Shown: positions 21,801-32,192, counted from the stretch's first letter. The stretch is 32,192 nt of DNA from Aduncisulcus paluster (GCA_024181965.1 BQXS01013846.1:1-32192); one strand, 5' to 3'. A program made the numbers and translations. The notes: generated by a model from the letters alone, not told the origin.

Positions 21801-24800
21801 AAAGGAATGGGATTACATGCCATATCACCATTATGAATAAAAACTGGGACTGAGCTAGAAGGAGTTTCTGACAGCATGGCAATTTTTGAAGTTGAAGTTG
21901 TGTCTTTAGAATCTCCTTCTTTTCCGCTTTCCAAACTGGCCATTAAGTGATGAAGTTTCTTTTCTTTAAGATCTTCTTCTTCCTTCTTGGATGTTTCTCC
22001 CTCTTTTATGCCGAAGGAAGAAATTATATCTTGTTCCCTGAATTCACTAACAAAATACAGGGCATTGATAGTAAACTGGCTTGGAGCTGTTGGATTATGC
22101 TGATTTTCACCTTTAATCTCACATAATGATATGTTTCTCAAATTCACCGGCAAATACCACCAAAACCTCTCATCAGATTCTATTGATGGAAATTCGACAT
22201 GGAGATTCACCTTTCTCGAATTGTCATGTGTAAAACTAAAAAACAGTTTTGAAGGTGGTGGAGTTGGAATAACTTTTTTCATACCCCTTAAAAGGGTGAT
22301 ACTCAAAAGATTAATATAGATTCCGCCAATAAAACTACCAGCAAAAGGAGAAAATGGAATAAAAATGTCAGTATAGTGACCATAGGTTGGAGATTCAAAC
22401 AGTTCTCGTATAGTCATTTGTTGGGCGCACAAACTTTGGTTCAATTTCCTTTGAAAAAGTGTCTTTCGTTTGGTTTCATCCCTAGCTTCAATTAAAGAGC
22501 TATCAATAGACACTATATTGGAGATAGTAGGCACAAAGTGATCAAGTCCTCTGTAAATTAGAGTTGGCGCCGCAAGCCTAGGTCTATTATCATAAACAAA
22601 ATATAAGCTGCTAATTTCAAAATTACGAGAATGTTCATTTGACCACGTAAAAGTTCCTTCTATTTCACACATTGTAATATGTTGCATATTGATGGGTAAA
22701 TAACAATAATCAAATTTGTTTGGGGAATTAGGAAAACTAAATTTTTTGATTATTTTTACACCATATGAAAAGGAAAAAGTGAAGAAAAGACCAAAAGGTG
22801 CATGTTTGTAACTTTTGAACATGATATTGGCACCTTTGATTGTTTGTGGGGTCAGAAAGGGTATAGAAAGATGTGATATACGTACCTCATTTTCATCTTT
22901 GAGCATTTTCCGAGCACTACAAGTCAGATCATATCCAGTGGCATCTTTCCACTGCGAATCATCCCAAGCCTTCATTTTTGACAAGTCTGGCATGATAACA
23001 TCTGGATCACAATGTGGGATGGTCGGTGAGCGAATGTATTTTGAAATTTTACAAACCTCCTGAATAAGAAAGTAAGAGTTGATCGATTAGTAAATAACGG
23101 CAAAAAAATAACACTTAAAAATCATAACAATTAAATTAATAACATACAGCTGCTGCTAATTCTCTACATCTTTTTTTTTCTTCATCGATTTCCTTTTTAG
23201 TTTGTTTTCTAACAAACAAGATATAATTTACAACATATAATCTGGGATATATGGTTTCAGTGTTACCAGCCTCTAGAAAAATTTCACAAGAAATCACATC
23301 TGTTAAACAAAAACTGAAATAATGCCAATCATCAATATCATGACAAAGATACTTTCTTACACTCATTTTTCCATTAGAATGGGTAAAAATGAGGTAAAAA
23401 CTAGAATATGAGTCCAAAAATTTAATATATGCGCCATAAAAATCAATAGGAGTGGCAGAAGTGACTTTAAAGTGTGATATTCTTGCTTCTCCAATTCCAT
23501 TCTTCAATATTTTTTCTACTTGAATACTTTTATCATAGTCCTTGGATCCAATTAATTTGGAATCCTCCCAAGCTTTCACAGCAAACTGACGGTTGAGAAC
23601 AACAGGATTATTTGGAGAAATTGGAATTGATTCACTGCCTCCTTCATGAAGAAATTTGGGAATTTGAGATATCTAATAATAATATAACACATAAGAGATA
23701 TTCGAAAAAGAATACAACAATTACATAAATAATAAGAAAAAAAAGATCAACATACAGATCTGTTTAATAGATTTTGTCTGGCAGTTCGAATTGATCGTTC
23801 GTGAGGAGTTTCCCGACGAATAAAACACATGGCATGAATAAAGAAACAAGATCCAACTATTTTCCCTTTGCTTCTTCCTTGACCTGTAATCCCACAAGAA
23901 ATAACATCCTTATTTAAGGGAATGAAATACCATCGAAGTTTGTCTGATTTGAAAGAAACTTCTACTTTCACGAACGTTTTCTCCCGTCGGGAATCGATAA
24001 TGTTTAAGTAGAGAAAACCCGGGCCATCTTCTGGAGAAAGGCAGATATAAACACCATAAATACCCATTGTTCCGGATTTGAATGAGATATCTAAGTGTGA
24101 AAGGAATACTCCACCGCCAAAAGCAAGCATAGACTTTGCTTGAGAAGATTTATCGTAAAAGAGCGATTCTTTCCACAAATCGTCGTTCCATGCACTCACA
24201 ATGAGATTAGAAGGGTCGATTATTGTTGGTGAAGAAGGTGGAATCGGAAGAGATCCCATCAAATCAGAGATACCTCCTAAGTTCTTGGGACGAGTTCTAA
24301 TTTGCTTCTAAAAATAAAATTGAGATTAAAAAAGAAAAAATTTGGGGAGAAAATATGTGAGGAATGAAATGAATTTACAAAAAAATGAAATTATTATTTA
24401 ATCTTTCAACATACAGCTTCTCTTAATCGTTTTTCATCAGCTTTTCGCTCAATATACTCCTTAGAGTTTTCAGGACGGATAAATAAAAGTGATTTAATTG
24501 AAAATTCTTTCTTTTTGTACCTTCCTTTGCCTTTAATTTCACAAGAAATCACATTATCAACTTCTAAAGGAATAAATACCCATGAATCAAGGAATTTTGA
24601 AGCAATAAGCCCCGATAAATCACATTTAATGGTGATTTTAGCCGTCTTCTCCTTTCTCTTTTTCATATCAAAGATAGAACAACACATAGTAAAAGTCAGG
24701 ATGGATGGAGTGAAATCATTGCCACCTAATGCATTGCCAATGCACACATAAACACCTTTTATATATTGTTGAGAAGAAAATGGGAGCAAAAGATGGGTAA

Positions 24801-25152
24801 AAATGCCAGAATTACCCTCACCCTTTATCACTTTTTGAGCAGTCATAGTGGCAAGTTTATGACCACATTTTCCCATTATTTCATCAATATCAGGATATAT
24901 TATTGTAGAATTATTTCGAGAAATTGGAGGAACGAAAAATCCCGCCTTATAAATAAACTCAAAGCGAACCTAAACAAAAGATAGGTGAAAAGGTGAGAAA
25001 TAAAGTGAAAAAAGAGTAGAAAGTAGAAAAAAAGGAATAAGATAGTGAGAAGAAATGAAAAATTCCACAATTTTTGGAAAGAAAAATCGAGAATCTTCCA
25101 AAAATGCAACAACCTTGAAATCGAAAATACATACTTCTTTTGTAATACCCAT
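12838..25152 (-). CDS. Giant six-exon repeat protein (~3806 aa): 7 N-terminal beta-rich (DOC/galactose-binding jelly-roll-like) domains + C-terminal ~337-aa ARM/HEAT-like helical repeats
   Basis: Exons (minus strand): 25135-25152 (MGITKE), 24415-24969, 23756-24307, 23148-23672, 20943-23059 (less the 347-bp gap duplicate) and 12838-20838. All five introns begin GTATGT, end YAG, are AT-rich and phase 0. I checked each junction by hand as in frame. The fold names are inference from motif patterns. Confidence 0.85.
12860..19500 (-). repeat. Intragenic long repeats of ~1011 bp (337 aa): units at ~19500-18490, 18490-17530, 15825-14815, 14815-13800, a diverged unit at 13800-12860, and a second unit type at ~16950-15830
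   Basis: Recurrent EIEEHKKEIILCVQCL...DLNDLIDTFIDHLSRVE.VLEGDVDEEYC...KDWLRIYNDSECYGEWMIILSKITLSSDDE...PKFD..M.WC, with near-identical DNA, e.g. 14281 vs 15292 vs 17957 vs 18967. Confidence 0.93.
19790..19925. repeat. 30-bp coding minisatellite x~4, encodes (DDGSISSTES)-like acidic units
   Basis: ccatcatcagattcagtactggaaatagat-type units read directly. Confidence 0.85.
20839..20942 (-). other. Spliceosomal intron 5 (104 bp, phase 0)
   Basis: GTATGT...TGTAG; joins WDSS|PTILTQF in frame with the 2627-aa ORF. Confidence 0.88.
21448..22121. repeat. Assembly gap (N 21775-21794) with duplicated flanks 21448-21774 and 21795-22121
   Basis: 327-bp copies on either side of a 20-N gap. Confidence 0.93.
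23060..23147 (-). other. Spliceosomal intron 4 (88 bp, phase 0)
   Basis: GTATGT...TACTAAT (branch-site-like)...TTCAG; joins ELAAA|EVCKISK. Confidence 0.87.
23673..23755 (-). other. Spliceosomal intron 3 (83 bp, phase 0)
   Basis: GTATGT...ATTAG; joins LLNRS|ISQIPKF. Confidence 0.87.
24308..24414 (-). other. Spliceosomal intron 2 (107 bp, phase 0)
   Basis: GTATGT...TTTAG; joins RLREA|KQIRTRP. Confidence 0.87.
24970..25134 (-). other. Spliceosomal intron 1 (165 bp, phase 0) after an 18-nt coding first exon
   Basis: GTATGT, pyrimidine-rich body, TTTAG; joins MGITKE|VRFEFIY. Confidence 0.8.
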
Positions 25153-25612
25153 TGGACAAAATTATTTTACAAATGTTAAAAATTTCAAAAATAAAGATAA
25201 AATCGTGATACTGTTTTAAATAACCAAACTAAATTCGACAAGAAGAAAAATCATAAAATATATATATAATTGGCAAATTAGATAAATATATACCATCTAT
25301 TGTCAGTTAAAATGATAAATTAAAAACATACGATTTTTTTGGTCGACAAATTCCGATATTAAAATTAGATTTTATCGTCAATGAAATTGACAAGGATAAT
25401 TTTCACAATTTAAAGCAAAAATTCAATTTAAATTTTATCTTATAATCGAATCTATTATTAATATTTTCGAAAATACATTCAATAAGGTTTTGAGAAATAA
25501 AATAAAATCTGTCAGGGATTTCTGAATTAGAAGAAAAAATTTGTCTAAATTTATAAATTAAATTGTGTGATGTTTCCATCATGTCTTCCTAAATTTCTCG
25601 ATTTTGTGAAAT

Positions 25613-25700
25613 ACAGTACTACTGTTACCGTAACATCCAGTGACTGGATCTGATCATCCATGATCAACCCTATTGATAATTGATCATCATGAATGATGAT
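25613..25700. repeat. Chain of six overlapping or abutting short inverted repeats
   Basis: ACAGTA-c-TACTGT, TGTTAC-c-GTAACA, ATCCAGT-g-ACTGGAT, TGATCAT-cc-ATGATCA, ATCAA-cccta-TTGAT, ATCATCAT-ga-ATGATGAT. Function unknown. Confidence 0.85.
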
Positions 25701-25961
25701 ATCCGGCGGTCAAAATTTCCAATTTTGCAATATACATAATAAATGGTCACATTCATATTGAACATGTTATTTTCGCATATTTATCAAAATTTATTGTAAG
25801 TACAAATTTAGGTTGCGTTTTGTTCGTTATTTAATGGAAAGAGGGCCCATGGATAGAGTAATTTGCAAAGTTTGAACTATCGGAAGTATTAGAAAGTCAA
25901 TAGACCTAAGATATCATAAAACATATGAAATGTCAAAATTTAACAACAAAATAGCTCCATT

Positions 25962-26894
25962 TCACACATATAATTGAGGAGCAGTTGGAATTATCATTTC
26001 TTCACTACCTCCAGTAAAACCACGATCAATCACGCCAATCGGAGGGTTTCCGCCCTCGATAACAACGGATTGCATTGCTGTTTTACCCCGTTCAACGATT
26101 TTCTTGCAGGCAGAGAGGAGAACAAACTCTGGTGGATTGCCAGCGCAAGGTGCATCGAGGGATTCGAATTGCTTCCTCGCAGACTTAACACACCGCTTAA
26201 CTGTGTTAATATTGGGATGGTCCCTTGTGTCCTTTAACAGAGAAGTAAACATAGGTGGAGCAACGGGAATTACACGCTCAACTTCCACCCATGCACACCA
26301 GTTACCAACTGAAAATAGAGTATTTTTAATACGGGAAATCTCAGATGGTGATATATAAATGCCGATTGGAAGCATTTTCTTGTTCATTCGGACACTCCAG
26401 ATCATCAAATGACGGTGGATAATGGAATTATCATCATTCTCATATATATCGGATTCTATATCTTTTTTTTCAACGTCTTCCAGTATCATTCGCCCGCCGT
26501 AAATTGCAAAGCCGATACCAGCCAACATGAATAATGAAAGAAAAACCGACACAAAAATATTGGTCCGATAGGCGAATAAACCGATACGAAGCAAAGTAAC
26601 GAAAGAACCAATGACAGTAAATGCCACCCCTTTCGGCCTAATTCCGGTCCAACAAGATTCAGTGCGGACGGCCTGTTTCCCAAGACGAGCAGAAGCTATG
26701 CCTCTGAGAAAATGGGAGAGATTATCACGAATATTATATGCATTTTCAAGTGTCATTCCGAAAGAAACAATGTCTTTATCAGTGGGTTCAACCACGCATA
26801 AGTTTTCAAATTTAGAGTGACCAACAACCCCAAATACTAACTTCTCTCGAGACGATTTAGGGATTTTGGCAAGATTTGTAACGGCTTTTGTCAT
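25962..26894 (-). CDS. Hypothetical 310-aa membrane protein with two adjacent hydrophobic helices
   Basis: ATG-to-TGA ORF, GC-richer than its flanks. Hydrophobic segments GVAFTVIGSFVTLLRIGLFAY and IFVSVFLSLFMLAGIGFAIYGG. Confidence 0.8.
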   Translation of the reverse strand: MTKAVTNLAKIPKSSREKLVFGVVGHSKFENLCVVEPTDKDIVSFGMTLENAYNIRDNLSHFLRGIASARLGKQAVRTESCWTGIRPKGVAFTVIGSFVTLLRIGLFAYRTNIFVSVFLSLFMLAGIGFAIYGGRMILEDVEKKDIESDIYENDDNSIIHRHLMIWSVRMNKKMLPIGIYISPSEISRIKNTLFSVGNWCAWVEVERVIPVAPPMFTSLLKDTRDHPNINTVKRCVKSARKQFESLDAPCAGNPPEFVLLSACKKIVERGKTAMQSVVIEGGNPPIGVIDRGFTGGSEEMIIPTAPQLYV

Positions 26895-27603
26895 ATTAGG
26901 TATTATAATAGTGTTGTGAATTGCTTAGTAAGTTGTTAATGAAAATGAGAGAATAGGAAGAATAAAATGATAATATTAGGGCAAAATAAATAAAATCCTC
27001 AATGTAAAAGGGAAATTCAAAGTTTAAGGATAATAAAGTGTGAACAACAAGAGAAAAATTGATTTGTAGACAGAAGAAATGTTCTTGTTATCCAGTATCA
27101 TATCTATAAATCGAGGCTGAATCAAACCCAAACATAGCGTTAATTATAAGATTTGATATTTGTTTGCATCACCTTTATACTATGGTACCATTTCTTCCGA
27201 AGATCGGAGTCCGAGATCAAGATAATTTGGTGTGAATACGTGATCATTGTGAAGTTTATTGACTATTAAATAATTTACACTTCCGAAACATAGTTTCATT
27301 TTCAAGGCTCTCATCGATCAATCCGATTCTTCTTATTTTTCTTCGGCAATCCATCAAAATAGAACGAAAATAAAATAAATTATAAATGTTCGTTGAAAAT
27401 ATTGATGCAAAAAATGTCATTTTAATACCGATTAACATTGTGCAGTACCAGTTTACACAACTCGTGTTGATTGTGAAGGAATTGACTCGTAAGAACAAAT
27501 TTTTGCTCTTCTATTCGTGCACTATTGCTCATATTAAACTACAATTTCCCTTTCTTTTCTTTTTCCACAATCATAGTAATATTTTTTTTTTCTAATTCCA
27601 AAA

Positions 27604-30465
27604 ATGTCTTCGGATATCGATATTCAAGTAATGTTACGATATGAAATTATTCAATCCAAGATTGGAAAAGGTGCTTATGGTATTGTTTATAAAGCCCTTG
27701 ATCGAAAAACCGGTGATACGGTAGCTATAAAAAAAGTATTCGACGCTTTTCGGAATGCGACAGATGCTCAACGTGTCTACCGAGAGATTTCTATTCTAAG
27801 ACAACTCAAACATAAAAACATTATCCCTCTGCTTGATGTAATTTTAAGTTCAAACGAACGGGATTGTTATTTAGTTTTCCCTTTTGTTCCCACTGATCTT
27901 CATTCAGTGTCTCGTGCAAATATTCTTGAAGAAATTCACAAAAAATATGTTTTGTATCAATTATTACTTGCTATTTCCTTTATTCACAGCGGGGCTCTTC
28001 TTCATCGTGACCTAAAACCTTCAAATGTCCTAATCAACGCCGATTGTATGGTGTATCTTTGTGATTTTGGTCTTTCTCGTTCCATTCATCCGACCAGAAG
28101 TGCCCATTTCCTCCTCCTCCCCATCCTCTCACGACATGGCTTTACTTACAGATTATGTCGCAACCCGATGGTATCGATCTCCAGAGTTGCTCATGGGAGC
28201 TCCTTCGTACGGTCATTCGGTCGATATATGGAGTCTTGGATGTCTATTCTTTGAACTATTAACAGATAAACCCCTATTCCCAGGTAGTAGTACTCTCAAT
28301 CAATTATCTCGAATTGTAAAGCTCCTTGGTCTGCCCCCACAAAAAGAAATCGTTGAACTGGGGTCTCCTTTTGCTCAGGGACTCATCGATACAATTCCAA
28401 GTGGGTATACTACACTTAAGCCCTTTTCTAAGCGTTCTTTCCGTCATGTTCCGAAATCTATCACATCTTTCAGCGATTTGAATTCTCGTCTTGCATATTC
28501 AACCCCTTGTCCGCTTGCAGTGAAGAATCTTCGTGGTCTAATTCCCAACGCTTCCCCTGAAGCCGTAGATCTACTTGCCCGAATGATCTCCGTCTCTCCC
28601 AAACATCGTATCTCCGCTAGAGATGCCATTCATCACCCTTATGTTGCTCTTTTTGCTCGTGGTGCTGAGAAAGAAAGCGATTGTATGAAACATCCAGTCA
28701 TTGCTTACCCATTGATGGATAAATATATTGCACCGGTGTTGCCTGACGATTCTAAATATAGTGTGGATAAATATAGACGTCAGGTGGGAGAATTGGTCAA
28801 ACTGGTTCGTATTAGCAGGGGGGAGAAGGCCTATGACATTGATTCCTCCTCTTCCTCTTCCTCTTCCTCTTCCTCTTCCTCTTCCTCAACAGTTTCAGCA
28901 AAACACTCAAGGGCCTTTGTTGTATCCAAATCTGCTTCCCCGGGCAATCATACGTTGGCCGTGAGTCGAAAAAAGAAACTCCAAACTATGAATCATGTAA
29001 GGGGTGCTGCCTATGGGCTTGGTGGTGAAGGTACTGGAGTTTCAGATACAATTGATGACTCAAAGAGGTCAAAAGTTGTCCAAGTTGCTTCACAAGATGC
29101 TCGGGGAGTTGCTGCTGCAATCGCTGCAAGAAAGAAAGGTTCTTCAAGTTCAACAATAAGAACAATGCCTGATGATTTAGTTGCCGACGGAGCTAAAAAA
29201 AGATCCCGTGAGAAACAAACTCACAAACAGCCTGCTCGAGAGCAACAAATGTCTCCACAACCACAACCAAGGACAACCTACTCAATGCCCGATATAGATA
29301 TGAGAAACTATTCTAAAAAAAGATATAGATCCTCCACGTCAACACAACAACACGGGAGATCAACGAGTGGAAGTGGAGTGGCCGATATCACGGGGAGTTT
29401 TACGTCTTCAGCCGGCGATGAAATTATCGATCTTCCTGTTCTTGTTTCTAGTGGTGGCGATGGAGCTTCTGGAGGTGCTTCTCCCCCTCCAACATTAGCT
29501 ACAATGGCCTTTAAGAGCAGACAACATCACCCTACAACTTTGACCTCTTNNNNNNNNNNNNNNNNNNNNCAAGGACAACCTACTCAATGCCCGATATAGA
29601 TATGAGAAACTATTCTAAAAAAAGATATAGATCCTCCACGTCAACACAACAACACGGGAGATCAACGAGTGGAAGTGGAGTGGCCGATATCACGGGGAGC
29701 TTTACGTCTTCAGCCGGCGATGAAATTATCGATCTTCCTGTTCTTGTTTCTAGTGGTGGCGATGGAGCTTCTGGAGGTGCTTCTCCCCCTCCAACATTAG
29801 CTACAATGGCCTTTAAGAGCAGACAACATCACCCTACAACTTTGACCTCTTCTCTTTCTTATGATCCCAAAACCGGCGAGTTGCCTTCCGTTGGTGTCGG
29901 CATTACCGGTTCTTCGACGAACTCTTCAGAGTTGCTTCAAGTTCCGTCTTCAAGTTCACATGTGACTTCATTCCATTCATCTTCAAATCTCGCTGTCTCA
30001 ACTGTGAGCGATACAACTGGAGTTATCAAAACTGTCGATTCTTCTTTGTCTGGGGGCCATTCTTCCACTACAACTTCGGTTATGAGTTCGGCTGCAACCG
30101 GCTCATTAGGTACTTATTCTTCAACGGCCGGTGTTTCTGCCGGTGTTTCTGCCGGTGTGGCTTCTGTCTATCCAACCTCTACTGGAACTCATTCCTCATC
30201 TTCCTCCACAAGCAAGGAAAAACATGATAAACTCCCTGTAGGAACTCACAGAAGGCGTACTGTGAAGAAGAAAACCAGAGTCAGAGTCGATCGGAAGTCA
30301 TCTTCGGGTCGTACGGGTGTCACCAGCAGTGGCACTATCTTTGGAAAGTCAAGGGGTAAGAGATTGTCACCTATCAGAGATCCATCTTCTAAGGTTTCTT
30401 CTTCTTCTTCTTCTTCTTCTTCTTCCTATAGTGAAGCCGGACAAGGACATTATTTCCATTTTTAA
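27604..30465 (+). CDS. MAPK15: Mitogen-activated protein kinase, ERK7/ERK8 (MAPK15) subfamily, ~850 aa with a long Ser/Thr-rich tail; +1 frameshift at ~28080-28140 and gap duplicate at 29550-29569
   Basis: GKGAYG, VAIKKVFDAFRNATDAQRVYREI (ERK7/8-type signature), HRDLKPSN and DFGLSR in ORF 27604..28254. TDYVATRWYRSPE, DIWSLGC, PLFPGSSTLNQL and HPYV in ORF 28061..29599. Tail continues in ORF 29587..30465. Confidence 0.9.
29268..29851. repeat. Assembly gap (N 29550-29569) with duplicated flanks 29268-29549 and 29570-29851
   Basis: 282-bp copies; one synonymous difference (AGT/AGC, Ser). Confidence 0.93.
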
Positions 30466-32192
30466 TTTTTATTTAGTTGATCGGTTATTAATCTTTGGAA
30501 ATATAATCTATTTTTAGATTTGAGAAATTGGCCACTTCGCTGATATTTCTTGTCACTCTTTCAATTTCGTTAATATCATTATTATTTTTGTTTTGTTTTG
30601 TTTTGAAGAAAATAATTTCGTTCCAGCTTTTATTTTATGTTATTCTCTTTCTTCAAAAACTAAAAAAAAAAACTTAAAAAAAAAAAAAAAATATCTTGTT
30701 TACAATTGAAAGAGTCTAGATTCGGGTTTTTTTTTGATACGTTTACTTTCTATTTGTTGTTGTTATCTATTTTTTGGACCCTTTGGATTATTTTTTTTCG
30801 AAATTTCCGTGCAATTTATTGGCTTTTTGTTTCCATTTTATTTCTATTTTACTTGCATTTTATTATTATTATCCTTGCTATTTCCCTTGCTACTTTTGTG
30901 AAAAGTTGGTTTTTTCTACTAATCTTGGTTTTTATTATTATGTTTTTATGATTTTTTATTTTTTAGATTTCTCTTTTCTTGATATTGAAATATTATTTTA
31001 GATGGAACCATTGGTTTTTATTTTAATTAATTAATTAATTCTGTTCTGATCCGTAATGTATAAAATTTTATTTCTTCCACAAATCTATAAATAGAATAGC
31101 TTGAATTTTTATTATTATGTTCTGTTGTTGGCTATTTGATTGATTGATCTGTCTTGTTTTTTCGCCCTTCTAAAAATATATGAAAGTTTCTGTTCGAATT
31201 TATTCTATATTTTTTTCTTGGAGAATTCTTTATTTTACATCTGTTGTTGGCTATTTGTTTTCTAATCTTATCTCATATCTTGTTTCGTTAGTTTAGATTC
31301 TAAACTATGACAATATTGTTAGTTGTCTGGCACAACAATTAAATTTACCTTATGATTGTACTTTAAACGTACTATTTTGCTCTATTTTAAAGAGTTAAAT
31401 TGCGCAGTTCCTAGGATTCTTACTTACTCTTATTAATAGCTCTTCAAAACATAGGAATTTCATTGCATTTCATTACAGAAAGTAAAACCTTAACTGCAAT
31501 TCTATTGCAACAAATACAAGATCTTGCCCAATAAGTTATTTCCTATTTGTTTATGACAGACAAACACTTTCAATTCGACATAAGGGGTGGATGTCGGATT
31601 CACAACTTATTATCCTGGAATCAGGCTTTTGTTGCAGATCTCTGAGAGAGATCGTGGAAGAAATGGACTCTTTTGTGCTATCTTCTTGCTGGCTCGACTT
31701 ATGTTGCTTCATGGACACAATAGATTAAACAAATGCAGAAATATATCCCGAAGTTGCCAGAAGTCTTATACTTTATGCAACCAAAAGCTGACATCGGAGT
31801 CGGAAAGCTATCATGTGTGTTGACTTTCGACATGGCTCCTTTTAAATGGATTGGATGCTAATATATGCCATTGTACGATATAATAATGCCTGCCATATGC
31901 ATAATAGCATCGTGTTTGTCCAAAATGAACAAAGATCTCCATTTTGTGCCACCACTAACATACCTTTGATGAGACATATGTCGTAACTATATCGTCCAGT
32001 TATAGTGTAGTGCATATTCCATGTTCCGAATATATTTCGAGTTGTTGTTGGACCATGGAAGCCTTCTCTTGTTTGGGACAGAACTCTACTGAGTCCAAAT
32101 ATGCTGCAATGCTGGTGCCGATGTTATCAAATGAAACGAGAAGTTACTCTATTCCTCGACGGTTTTTAACTCTTTGAATATACATTTTGGAC

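Noticed and set aside
20760-25159. ORFs 20760..21596, 21677..22993, 23136..23579, 23747..24262 and 24406..24876 as separate genes
   Set aside because: They run into GTATGT donors (read as ...VC) or an N-gap and splice in frame into one gene.
927-29851. Six apparent tandem duplications of 280-435 bp inside genes
   Set aside because: Each pair exactly abuts a uniform 20-N gap, and collapsing it restores one reading frame. They are scaffolding artefacts, not biological duplications.
30655-31001. Poly-A tract and hydrophobic ORFs 30706..30951 and 30774..31001 as a retroelement tail or membrane peptides
   Set aside because: No target-site duplication or element body seen; the ORFs are by-products of T-rich intergenic DNA.
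32060-32185. Minus-strand IQRVKNRRGIE*LLVSFDN as a chromodomain relic
   Set aside because: Only a superficial resemblance; it has a stop codon and lacks the conserved Trp residues.

Overview
AT-rich, gene-dense eukaryotic scaffold using the standard code and GT-AG spliceosomal introns. The repeat families, poly-S/poly-E tracts and intron style resemble what I recall of the free-living fornicate Aduncisulcus; this is an inference, not a database match. Six 20-N gaps each have the same ~280-435 bp on both sides (unmerged contig overlaps), which fragments the ORF track. After collapsing them there are five genes. (1) A 3'-partial minus-strand gene, 8539 to <1 (>2400 aa): an N-terminal Schlafen/AlbA_2 nuclease-like domain with the E-x4-E-F-K motif fused to an AfsR-like NB-ARC STAND NTPase, both interrupted by very large low-complexity inserts. 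This is a candidate NLR-like immune effector and the most interesting item. (2) A ~920-aa type I membrane protein with filamin/Ig-like extracellular repeats. (3) A six-exon ~3806-aa protein with seven jelly-roll/DOC-like domains, five phase-0 introns at domain boundaries, and ~337-aa helical repeats with variable positions. (4) A 310-aa two-TM protein. (5) A MAPK15/ERK7-type kinase with a +1 frameshift in the activation loop. Chains of overlapping short palindromes lie in three intergenic regions upstream of gene starts. No rRNA, tRNA, CRISPR array or recognisable mobile element was seen.
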